Source of the DNA: Chrysomallon squamiferum
Taxonomy: Eukaryota; Animalia; Mollusca
NCBI GenBank assembly: GCA_012295275.1
Contig: CM022665.1
Coordinates: 31,124,001 to 31,188,000, forward strand
DNA length: 64,000 nucleotides
Direction: 5' to 3'
Part shown: positions 13,251 through 25,200 of the stretch, piece after piece
How positions within the stretch are numbered: position 1 is the stretch's first letter
How the letters are laid out: the number at the start of each line of letters is the position of its first letter
The notes under the pieces: generated by a model
Seen by the model: the letters and a program-made list of their open reading frames with translations, nothing else
Database searches by the model: none
What the model was told of the DNA's origin: nothing
Program-made: the position numbers and the translations under genes

Positions 13251-16200
13251 TATAATTATTATATTTATTTTTATTTTGTTTCTGAAGCTAAAAAAAAATA
13301 ATTAAATAAAATAAAAATATATATATTGTAGTGAACGTTAGTACTTGCAACTGATGACTGTTTTTACTGCACCTGCAGTGAATACTTTACTGATAATAGT
13401 AGAGGAGTACCAGACAAGTGCATTTTTTTAAAAATGGCAGAAGTTACTGGAAGAAATAGTGTGTCTTGACAGCTGAATGAAATTAAAGGGTAAATACATA
13501 CTTTTTTTTTGGTTTTCATTTTTATTTATTATTATTATAAATTTTTTTGTTTTTTTTTGTAGATTAATTTTCAGCTGTAGCATTTGGTAAAAAATAATAA
13601 TAATAAAACAGCATGTGTGCACCCTCACCTACACCAAGAGACACAATAAATAAATAAATAAATTCGTTTTTTCACTTTGGCTGAAATTTTTATAATAATC
13701 AGTTTAGGGGTACAGCTGAACTGATATCACTGTTCTGAACTTTTGATTGGATGGTAGAAAATGTTAAAACAATGGGCCACTATTTGCTACAGCTTGAAAT
13801 GTAATTAGCGAAGCTGCTTAATTAAATCTCCATAGAGACCTGGCCATTGGCTTGGCTTGGCCAGGTGAGTTGTTTGTCACCTTATTGTGATTGTTATTTT
13901 TCAAATTGGCAGTTGAACTGACAAGACAGTTTTACTAGGTAGTCAATTTTTATAAAAAATACATTACATTTTTATTTATTTATTTATTTTTTTAAATAAG
14001 TTGAAAAATTTGAAAACATTCATAACCATAGGTAAGTATACTTTGCCATTAATTACAATTAATTAAATTTTGTGCTTTGCTAATAATCGTACTTTTTAAA
14101 TTTTTTGTCCATAGGAATTCCTAAAAAATATATTTAATTCTTTATAATTCAGAAAGATGTTTATCATATTATATTATTATTTTAGATATTTTCCCTTTTC
14201 AGTATTAACATTATTATTATTATTATTATTATTATTTTTTTCAATATTACAATTTAGACAGCAGTTTTTGATTTGGAAATATTGTCTCAATTTCAAGTAA
14301 TTGGCCATTTTTTATTTTGATATTTTATCTTCAGTTTTTCAGAATTTTAGTTTAAACTAAGTAATTACTGAGTTTAGAAAAACTGACTAGTGAATGATAC
14401 TGTGTCCTAAAATATCAGAAGATTTTTAAAGTGTAATTATAATCTAGTTTTGGCATTTTGTGGTGTGCAGTATAACTTTGATTTAAACTTTACTTGTATA
14501 GCTGAAAACATTTCAAAGTGTATTTATTTACTTCAAATGGACCTTTTATAACTAATTGATTTATTTATGTTTTTAGCCTTAATGCAGAAATAAAAAAAAA
14601 CATCTGAGCTGCAAAATGAAGAAATGACTGATGAAAACTTCTGGAAATGCAGTTTTAACACTGCACGGTCTGTTGTGAGTAAGTCACGTAACAACATATG
14701 ATTTCTATTTTTCATTATATTAAAATCCAACATATTTTTTTCAAGCTGAACTATGATAATATGGTTAACATTATTATAAAATAAAATAAATTAAAATTAA
14801 TAATTACTGGGTAATTGAATAAAGTCAGTAATATTTAAAAAAGGAATTGTACCATGCGATTAATATATTTTTTAAACATTTCTTCTGCTTTTATTTCATT
14901 TTAAAGAACATCAAAAATGCATTTATTTAATTTAATTTTAGAATTGTTTGTTGTAATTTCTTAATAATCAGTTATACTTACAATAAGAATATTTTTCTTT
15001 TGCTAGTTATTTTGTGGATTGAAGACAGTCATTTGAAAGCCATCAACAAAAAAGAATGCATTTAGGCAGAGAATGCAAGAAATGAAATGTGGAAGAAAAA
15101 AGACATTATCAAAACTGCAATGATTTGAGATTAACTGATACATTTCTGTATTGTCTCTGTAAGTGAACATATATTTTTATTAGACCAGTAATTTATGTTG
15201 TATAGTATTAGTAATGATCTAGCAGTTTTACTTCTTGTTTACTGTTCTTCTGAGACCTCAGAATCACACTTGAATTTCCATAGGTGAATATGTAGAATCA
15301 TGTTTTTAATTCTGTTCATGGTTTTTAATCTCTGGAAATCCTAAAAATATTAATCCTATTTTATCTTTTTTATTATTATTATTTTTTTTTTTTTTTTGGG
15401 GGGGGGACATAATGTATTCAGTTTATCATACATAAAGTTAAATTTTTTCACCAATCCACCAGTCACAAGAATATTTTTTCAAGTGGGTTTTCATTTTGCT
15501 TAATTTTACTACAATATAATAATTATTATTGATCTGAAGGAAGACTGAAAGTTAATGTACAGCTGACAAGTTACTAAAAGTTAATTTGTAAATCTCTGCA
15601 AGTCTCTTTTAAACAGTTAATGCTTTTTTAAAAACCACCGTATTGTTTTACTCAAGTACAACTGTTCAGTTGATATTAATCAAAGGTCATGATTTTTGCT
15701 GTTCTGATTACAGTAAAATGTCCTAGCAGATCAGTTAACAACTATTAATAATTAAACAAGCATTGTATTTATTTAGTTTTTGGACTACATATATAACAAA
15801 TGTAGCAAGTATAGTGGTATATTAATAATAAGAACTCCCAATTTACAGAAATGCAAACACAGAATTAATATTAATTTTAAAATAATGGACTTCATAGCAA
15901 TTGTCTTACATGTAACATTTGTTAATTACAGTATTAAAAGTTCACATATTTGTCATAAATGTTGTTTTAACCGCAAAAACACAAATGGATATTATTAAGA
16001 TTTTTTTTATTTAAAACAAATATTCTCTTTTAATTGTAACTATATATCACTTGTCTGTTCTTTGTGTATGCTCACACTGTTTTTCTGATAAGTTAGTGTG
16101 TCAGAATGCACACTGATCTAAGAGTTCCTTGCCCTGGATGATAGCCAGTGGCTAGTCAGTTATTTGACATTTAGGAACCTCTATTACAAGGTTTAATATT

Positions 16201-17040
16201 TTTGAGGGGTCTTGCATAGGAATGATTTGTATTTAATTCCCATATCATTTTTATCTGACTGACCTAAATCTTCAGGAATGTTTTTCTTGTAAAGATCCTC
16301 ATATGTTTTTCAGTTATTATATTTGCTGATAAATGGTCAGTTTTAACATGTACTATACACTGAATTACAACAGGGTTGTGTTTATTATTAGTTAACTATT
16401 TGCTTTTAGACATGTTTACTGACTTGAGTACAACATGAAATGTGATAGGTCGAAGATGAATATCCCTTTTTATGCAAAAGTTGTTTTTTTTCATTGGGCC
16501 AATACACTCTGCTATATCAGCTTTATATAACAATATGTGATGTGTTTTACAGGGATAAAATATTATTTGCTGTTAAATTTTAAGAGTAGCTCACGGAGAA
16601 AAATAAATTAAAATTATAATAAATATTTAAAAAAAATTTAACAGTATTCAGAAACTTCATGTTTACATGGCAGATTTTTAGAACAAATGAGGGCATCTTC
16701 ATTTTTGTCTGGCACATTTGTAGAATATTTGTCTGGCATGTTTACATAATAATTCTGATATCTTTGTATAGCAGATTTGTAGAATAATTCAGATATCTTC
16801 ATGTTTGTTTAGCAAATTTGGAGAATATTTTTTAATCATAAAGATTATAATATCCACTTGATTAAAGTAATAAAATATTTGATATAAGAGAAACTTACTA
16901 GGCTTCAGAATTTCTAGCCAAACATGGGGAATATCCAGTTTAATCACTGTAAAACATTGGTCAGTATGTGAATGTGATTTATCTGGCAAAAGTAATAAAA
17001 GAAGACTAAATGAGAATAGTAAGTGCAGGAGTTTCATTAA

Positions 17041-17750
17041 TTAGTCAGGCAGAAAGGACTGCATGCGACATGGTGCAAAGCCACAAAACTGTCAAAATCT
17101 GCTTTGTGCTCACTGTACTAGAAAATCCATGCATTGCAATAACAGCCAGATCAGCTAGTCTATCTGTAGTCATGGTAGTATGAAGCCATGTGTGTATTTG
17201 TCTGAGGCAGGCAAAAGAGCTCTCTGCCTCTGTACAGTAAGAAACTTCAGAAGCTCTCTTGTCACTTGCAATAATTCTTCTGTCTCAAAAGTTTGCTTTT
17301 AAATGCTGATGGAATAGGCATCTAATACAGAATCATTCCAGTATCCATACTATTATCAAGTTTAATTTTCAGGAATCCAAAGTAAACTTCCGTAAGTCTA
17401 CCCAGATGTATTGGAGGCCATTTACTTCAGCCTTTGTTGAAGAATCCCACTTCCACAATGGCTTGTTTGGATACATGGAATTTCATTAGATGAAGCTTCG
17501 TATATCTCATTCAGGGTTATTACAATAAACTCATATAAGTCATAGAGTGCATGTTTTGCACGTATTCTTCAACTTGGGTTTCTTTTAATTTGGGGCCAAG
17601 TTCTCAATGATCTTTCCAAAGAATTTTTGTTGCTTTGGAGAATTGTTGAAGAAAATGAATAATTCTCAACAAGAATCCATCATGTTTGCAATTTATGCAA
17701 TTTTGCAGGCATGACAGATAACCAAGTCAACTGAATGAACAACAACCTGA
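17041..17750 (-). pseudogene. Degenerate hAT transposase fragment (THAP12/PRKRIR-ZMYM1-like), left-arm copy
   Basis: Reverse-complement copy of 60470-61180, including the in-frame stop after CHACKI[A/S]. Confidence 0.85.
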
Positions 17751-17774
17751 TACTCTGCACTAGTGATGCCCAGA

Positions 17775-20700
17775 ACATTGTTAGACAATGTGTGCTGTTG
17801 TTGTAGTGGTAACACACTAGGGATACCCATATTTATTGTTATCAGACGTTGACTACATTTCTGCTGTTGTTGTAGTGGTAAAAAACTAGTGATAACCATA
17901 TTTATTGTTGTCAGACATTGACTACATGTCTGTTGTTGTAGTGGTAAAACACTAGTGATAACCATATTTATTGTTGTTGTCAGACACAGACTATATGTCT
18001 GCTGTTGTAGTGTTAAAACACTAGGGATACCCATATTTATTGTTGTCAGACACTGACTACATGTCTGCTGTTGTTGTACTGGTAAAACACTAGTGATACC
18101 CATATTTATTGTTGTCAGACATCATCTACGTGTCTGCCGTTGTTGTAGTGGTAAAACACTAGGGATATCCATATTTATTGTTGTCAGACATCGACTACAT
18201 GTCTGCTATTGTTGTAGTGGTAAAACACTAGGGATACCCATATTTATTGTTGTTGTCAGACACACACTACATGTCTTCTGTTGTTGTAGTGGTAAAACAC
18301 TAGGGATACCCATATTTATTGTCAGACATTGACTACATGTCTGTTGTTGTAGTGGTAAAACACTAGTGATACCCATATTTATTGTTGTCAGACATTGACT
18401 ACATGTCTGCTATTGTTGTAGTGGTAAAACACTAGTGATATCCATATTTATTGTTGTCAGACATCGACTACATGTCTGCTGTTGTTGTAGTGGTAAAACA
18501 CTAGGGATACCCATATTTATTGTTGTCAGACATCGACTACATGTCTGCCGTTGTTATAGTGGTAAAACACTAGGGATACCCATATTTATTGTTGTTGTCA
18601 GACACAGACTACATGTCTGCTGTTGTTGTAGTGGTAAAACACTAGGGATACCAATATTCATTGTTGTCAGACATCCACTACATGTCTGCTATTGTTGTAG
18701 TGGTAAAACACTAGGGATACCCATATTTATTGTTGTCAGACATTGACTACATGTCTGTTGTTATAGTGGTAAAACACTAGGGATACCCATATTTATTGTT
18801 GTCAGACATTGACTATGTGTCTGCCGTTGTTGTAGTGGTAAAACACTAGGGATACCCATATTTATTGTTGTCAGATATTGACTACATGTCTGCTGTTGTT
18901 ATAGTGGTAAAACACTAGGGATACCCATATTTATTGTTGTTGTCAGACACACACTACATGTCTGCTGTTGTTTTAGTGGTAAAACACTAGGGATACCCAT
19001 ATTTATTGTTGTCAGACATTGACTACATGTCTGTTGTTGTAGTGGTAAAACACTAGTGATAACCATATTTATTGTTGTTGTCAGACACAGACTATATGTC
19101 TGCTGTTGTTGTAGTGTTAAAACACTAGGGATACCCATATTTATTGTTGTCAGACATTGACTACATGTCTGCTGTTGTTGTAGTGGTAAAACACTAGTGA
19201 TACCCATATTTATTGTTGTCAGACATCATCTACGTGTCTGCCGTTGTTGTAGTGGTAAAACACTAGGGATATCCATATTTATTGTTGTCAGACATCGACT
19301 ACATGTCTGCCATTGTTGTAGTGGTAAAACACTAGGGATACCCATATTTATTGTTGTTGTCAGACACACACTACATGTCTTCTGTTGTTGTAGTGGTAAA
19401 ACACTAGGGATACCCATATTTATTGTTGTCAGACATCGACTACATGTCTGCTGTTGTTGTAGTGGTAAAACACTAGGGATACCCATATTTATTGTTGTCA
19501 GACATCGACTACATGTCTGCCGTTGTTATAGTGGTAAAACACTAGGGATACCCATATTTATTGTTGTTGTCAGACACAGACTACATGTCTGCTGTTGTTG
19601 TAGTGGTAAAACACTAGGGATACCAATATTCATTGTTGTCAGACATCCACTACATGTCTGCTATTGTTGTAGTGGTAAAACACTAGGGATACCCATATTT
19701 ATTGTTGTCAGACATTGACTACATGTCTGTTGTTATAGTGGTAAAACACTAGGGATACCCATATTTATTGTTGTCAGATATTGACTATGTGTCTGCCGTT
19801 GTTGTAGTGGTAAAACACTAGGGATACCCATATTTATTGTTGTCAGATATTGACTACATGTCTGCTGTTGTTATAGTGGTAAAACACTAGGGATACCCAT
19901 ATTTATTGTTGTTGTCAGACACACACTACATGTCTGCTGTTGTTTTAGTGGTAAAACACTAGGGATACCCATATTTATTGTTGTCAGACATTGACTACAT
20001 GTCTGTTGTTGTAGTGGTAAAACACTAGTGATAACCATATTTATTGTTGTTGTCAGACACAGACTATATGTCTGCTGTTGTTGTAGTGTTAAAACACTAG
20101 GGATACCCATATTTATTGTTGTCAGACATTGACTACATGTCTGCTGTTGTTGTAGTGGTAAAACACTAGTGATACCCATATTTATTGTTGTCAGACATCA
20201 TCTACGTGTCTGCCGTTGTTGTAGTGGTAAAACACTAGGGATATCCATATTTATTGTTGTCAGACATCGACTACATGTCTGCTGTTGTTGTAGTTAGGGA
20301 TACCCATATTTATTGTTGTCAGTGGTTGTAGTGGTAAAACACTAGGGATACCCATATTTATTGTTGTTGTCAGACACACACTACATGTCTTCTGTTGTTG
20401 TAGTGGTAAAACACTAGGGATACCCATATTGTTGTCAGACACTGACTACGTCTGTTGTTATAGTGTTAAAACACTAGGGATACCCATATTTATTGTCAGA
20501 CATTGACTACATGTCTGTTGTTATAGTGGTAAAACACTAGTGATACCCATATTTATTGTTGTCAGACATTGACTACATGTCTGCTGTTGTTGTAGTGGTA
20601 AAACACTAGGGATACCAATATTCATTGTTGTCAGACATCCACTACATGTCTGCTGTTGTTGTAGTGGTAAAACACTAGGGATACCCATATTTATTGTTGT

Positions 20701-21254
20701 CAGACATTGACTATGTGTCTGCTGTTGTTGTAGTGGTAAAACACTAGGGATACCCATATTTATTGTTGTCAGACATTGACTACATGTCTGCTGTTATAGT
20801 GGTAAAACACTAGGGATACCCATATTTATTGTTGTCAGACATTGACTACATGTCTGCTGTTGTTGTAGTGGTAAAACACTAGTGATACCCATATTTATTG
20901 TTATCAGACATCATCTACATGTCTGCTGTTGTTGTAGTGGTAAAACACTAGGGATACCCATATTTATTGTTGTCAGACATTGACTACATGTCTGCTGTTG
21001 TTGTAGTGGTAAAACACTAGGGATACCCATATTTATTTCTGCTGTTGTTGTATTGGGATCAGACATTGACTACATGTCTGACATTGAGACATACATGTCT
21101 GCTGTTGTTGTAGTGGTAAAACACTAGTGATACCCATATTTATTGTTGTCAGACATTGACTACATGTCTGCTGTTGTTGTAGTGGTAAAACACTAGGGAT
21201 ACCCATATTTATTGTTGTCAGACATTGACTACATGTCTGCTGTTGTTGTAGTGG
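17775..21254. repeat. 60-bp (57/60/63) minisatellite array, left arm, with an internal ~972-bp higher-order duplication
   Basis: Unit GTAGTGGTAAAACACTAGGGATACCCATATTTATTGTTGTCAGACATTGACTACATGTCTGCTGTTGTT. Identical ORFs at 18899 and 19871 give the 972-bp period. The array runs into the gap. Confidence 0.97.
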
Positions 21255-21454
21255 NNNNNNNNNNNNNNNNNNNNNNNNNNNNNNNNNNNNNNNNNNNNNN
21301 NNNNNNNNNNNNNNNNNNNNNNNNNNNNNNNNNNNNNNNNNNNNNNNNNNNNNNNNNNNNNNNNNNNNNNNNNNNNNNNNNNNNNNNNNNNNNNNNNNNN
21401 NNNNNNNNNNNNNNNNNNNNNNNNNNNNNNNNNNNNNNNNNNNNNNNNNNNNNN
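21255..21454. other. Assembly gap (200 N)
   Basis: Run of exactly 200 N between two different tandem arrays, probably a fixed-size scaffolding spacer. Confidence 0.99.
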
Positions 21455-21775
21455 AATGGTGAACAGAAATGCGTGTTAATTTTTGAAGATGAAATTAATA
21501 AAAAGGAAAAATAAAAGTATTTTCTTTACAAAAAGTAATTAAAATAGAATGAAACAACTTAATAGTAATAATGTTAATAAAAATAATATTATTAGTGATA
21601 GTAGTGATAATGACAGTATTATATTTAATTAAAACATCATCATCATCATGAAAGAATTTAAGAACAAGATATGATTAAAATAGTAAGAGTAATACTAGTA
21701 ATCATGGAATTAATTTTGTATTTCTTTTAATGTTCGTTACATGAACTACTGACATATTTACATTTGTTTTCACAG

Positions 21776-21859
21776 GATGAGAAGAGGCAACTGAAGAGGA
21801 TAATCTACACATGCACCTTCTGGTTAAGAATGGTGCATGCGAAGGACATCACTAAAACG
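21776..21859 (+). other. Exon-like cassette A, 84 nt (representative of 22 copies)
   Basis: TACTGAC branch-like motif, then ATATTTACATTTGTTTTCACAG|GATGAG...AAAACG|GTAAAC. Phase-0 frame is open: DEKRQLKRIIYTCTFWLRMVHAKDITKT. Confidence 0.5.
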
Positions 21860-22184
21860 GTAAACAGAAATGCCTGTACAAATTGTGAAGAACAAATGAA
21901 AAAAGTGAAGAATAAAAATATTTGGTTTAGAAAAAGTGATCAAAATAAAATGAAATATATTAATAGGAATACAAATAATAATAGTGGTAGCATTGAGAAT
22001 GACAACAATAATGATCTCAAGAACAATAACAACGATGACATCATCATCATTATCAAAGGGAGTAATAAGTATTATCATTATGATCATAGTAAAGAGGGTA
22101 ACTCTAGTAATGATGTAACTAATTTTATATTTTATTGAAGTTTCATCAATTTAATTCTGACATTTCTATCGTTTCTTTTCTCAG

Positions 22185-22256
22185 GATGAGAAGAGGAGAA
22201 TCTACACATGCACCTTCTGGTTAAGAATCGTGCATGGGAAGAACATCAGCTAAATG
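22185..22256 (+). other. Exon-like cassette B', 72 nt (12-nt deletion variant of 84-nt B; 22 B/B' copies)
   Basis: TTCTGAC...TTTCTTTTCTCAG|GATGAG...AGCTAAATG|GTGAAC. Phase 0 reads DEKRRIYTCTFWLRIVHGKNIS*M. Confidence 0.45.
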
Positions 22257-25200
22257 GTGAACAGAAATGCGTGTTAATTTTTTGAAGATGAAATTAATAA
22301 AAAGGAAAAATAAAAGTATTTTCTTTACAAAAAAGTAATTAAAATAGAATGAAACAACTTAATAGTAATAATGTTAATAAAAATAATATTATTAGTGATA
22401 GTAGTGATAATGACAGTATTATATTTAATTAAAACATCATCATCATCATGAAAGAGAATTTAAGAACAAGATATGATTAAAACAGTAAGAGTAATACTAG
22501 TAATCATGGAATTAATTTTGTATTTCTTTTAATGTTCGTTACATGAACTACTGACATATTTACATTTGTTTTCACAGGATGAGAAGAGGCAACTGAAGAG
22601 GATAATCTACACATGCACCTTCTGGTTAAGAATGGTGCATGCGAAGGACATCACCAAAACGGTAAACAGAAATGCCTGTACAAATTGTGAAGAACAAATG
22701 AAAAAAAAAAGAAGAATAAAAATATTTGGTTTACAAAAAGTGATCAAAATAAAATGAAATATATTAATAGGAATACAAATAATAATAGTGGTAGCATTGA
22801 GAATGACAACAATAATGATCTCAAGAACAATAACAACGATGACATCATCATCATTATCAAAGGGAATAATAAACGATGATGATAATAATAATGGTAGCAC
22901 TATTAATGATGGAATTAATTTTATATTTTTTCAGGTTTCATAATGAAATACTGACATTTCTACGGTTTGCTTTCTCAGGACGAGAAGAGGAAAATGAAGA
23001 GGAGAATCTACACATGCACCTTCTGGTTAAGAATGGTGTATGCGAAGGACATCAGCTAAATGGTGAACAGAAATGCGTCTACATTTTTTGAAGATGAAAT
23101 AAAAAAAAGGAAAAATAAAAGTATTTTCTTTACAAAAAGTAATTAAAATAGAATGAAACAACTTAATAGTAATAATGCTAATAAAAATAATATTATTAGT
23201 GATAGTAGTGATAATGACAGTATTATATTTAATTAAAACATCATCATCATCATGAAAGAATTTAAGAACAAGATATGATTAAAATAGTAAGAGTAATACT
23301 AGTAATCATGGAATTAATTTTGTATTTCTTTTAATGTTCGTTACATGAACTACTGACATATTTACATTTGTTTTCACAGGATGAGAAGAGGAAACTGAAG
23401 AGGACAATCTACACATGCACCTTCTGGTTAAGAATGGTGCATGCGAAGGACATCACCAAAACGGTAAACAGAACTGCCAATACAATTTGTGAAGAACAAA
23501 TGAAAAAAGTGAAGAATACAAATATTTGGTTTACAAAAAGTGATCAAAATAAAATGAAATATATTAATAGTAATACAAATAATAATAGTGGTAGCATTGA
23601 GAATGACAACAATAATGATCTCAAGAACAATAACAACGATGACATCATCATCATTATCAAAGGGAGTAATAAGTATTATCATTATGATCATAGTAAAGAG
23701 GGTAACTCTAGTAATGATGTAACTAATTTTATATTTTATTGAAGTTTCATCAATTTAATTCTGACATTTCTATCGTTTCTTTTCTCAGGATGAGAAGAGG
23801 AGAATCTACACATGCACCTTCTGGTTAAGAATCGTGCATGGGAAGAACATCAGCTAAATGGTGAACAGAAATGCGTGTTAATTTTTTGAAGATGAAATTA
23901 ATAAAAAGGAAAAATAAAAGTATTTTCTTTACAAAAAGTAATTAAAATAGAATGAAACAACTTAATAGTAATAATGTTAATAAAAATAATATTATTAGTG
24001 ATAGTAGTGATAATGACAGTATTATATTTAATTAAAACATCATCATCATCATGAAAGAATTTAAGAACAAGATATGATTAAAATAGTAAGAGTAATACTA
24101 GTAATCATGGAATTAATTTTGTATTTCTTTTAATGTTCGTTACATGAACTACTGACATATTTACATTTGTTTTCACAGGATGAGAAGAGGAAACTGAAGA
24201 GGACAATCTACACATGCACCTTCTGGTTAAGAATGGTGCATGCGAAGGACATCACCAAAACGGTAAACAGAACTGCCAATACAATTTGTGAAGAACAAAT
24301 GAAAAAAGTGAAGAATACAAATATTTGGTTTACAAAAAGTGATCAAAATAAAATGAAATATATTAATAGTAATACAAATAATAATAGTGGTAGCATTGAG
24401 AATGACAACAATAATGATCTCAAGAACAATAACAACGATGACATCATCATCATTATCAAAGGGAGTAATAAGTATTATCATTATGATCATAGTAAAGAGG
24501 GTAACTCTAGTAATGATGTAACTAATTTTATATTTTATTGAAGTTTCATCAATTTAATTCTGACATTTCTATCGTTTCTTTTCTCAGGATGAGAAGAGGA
24601 GAATCTACACATGCACCTTCTGGTTAAGAATGGTGCATGGGAAGAACATCAGCTAAATGGTGAACAGAAATGCGTGTTAATTTTTTGAAGATGAAATTAA
24701 TAAAAAGGAAAAATAAAAGTATTTTCTTTACAAAAAGTAATTAAAATAGAATGAAACAACTTAATAGTAATAATGTTAATAAAAATAATATTATTAGTGA
24801 TAGTAGTGATAATGACAGTATTATATTTAATTAAAACATCATCATCATCATGAAAGAGAATTTAAGAACAAGATATGATTAAAACAGTAAGAGTAATACT
24901 AGTAATCATGGAATTAATTTTGTATTTGTTTTAACGTTCGTTACATGAACTACTGACATATTTACATTTGTTTTCACAGGATGAGAAGAGGAAGGTGAAG
25001 AGGATAATCTACACATGCACCTTCTGGTTAAGAATGGTGCATGCGAAGGACATCACTAAAACGGTAAACAGAAATGCCTGTACAAATTGTGAAGAACAAA
25101 TGAAAAAAGTGAAGAATAAAAATATTTGGTTTACAAAAAGTGATGAAAATAAAATGAAATATATTAATAGGAATACAAATAATAATAGTGGTAGCATTGA

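Larger units (their letters stand above)
14247..21254. repeat. Left arm of a ~7 kb inverted duplication (partner 56592-63904)
   Basis: Mirror ORFs 16789..17037(-)/61184..61432(+), 15780..15998(+)/62225..62443(-) and 14533..14733(-)/63336..63623(+). Continuous reverse-complement match by eye. Confidence 0.95.

Noticed and set aside
16789-17037. 82-aa ORF with signal-peptide-like start MKLLHLLFSFSLLLLLLP, identical in both arms
   Set aside because: Identity reflects the recent duplication. It lies just 3' of the dead transposase in T-rich DNA and has no recognisable domain or splice structure.
17775-21254. CRISPR-like appearance (palindromic repeats with variable parts)
   Set aside because: There are no unique spacers and no cas genes, and the context is eukaryotic.
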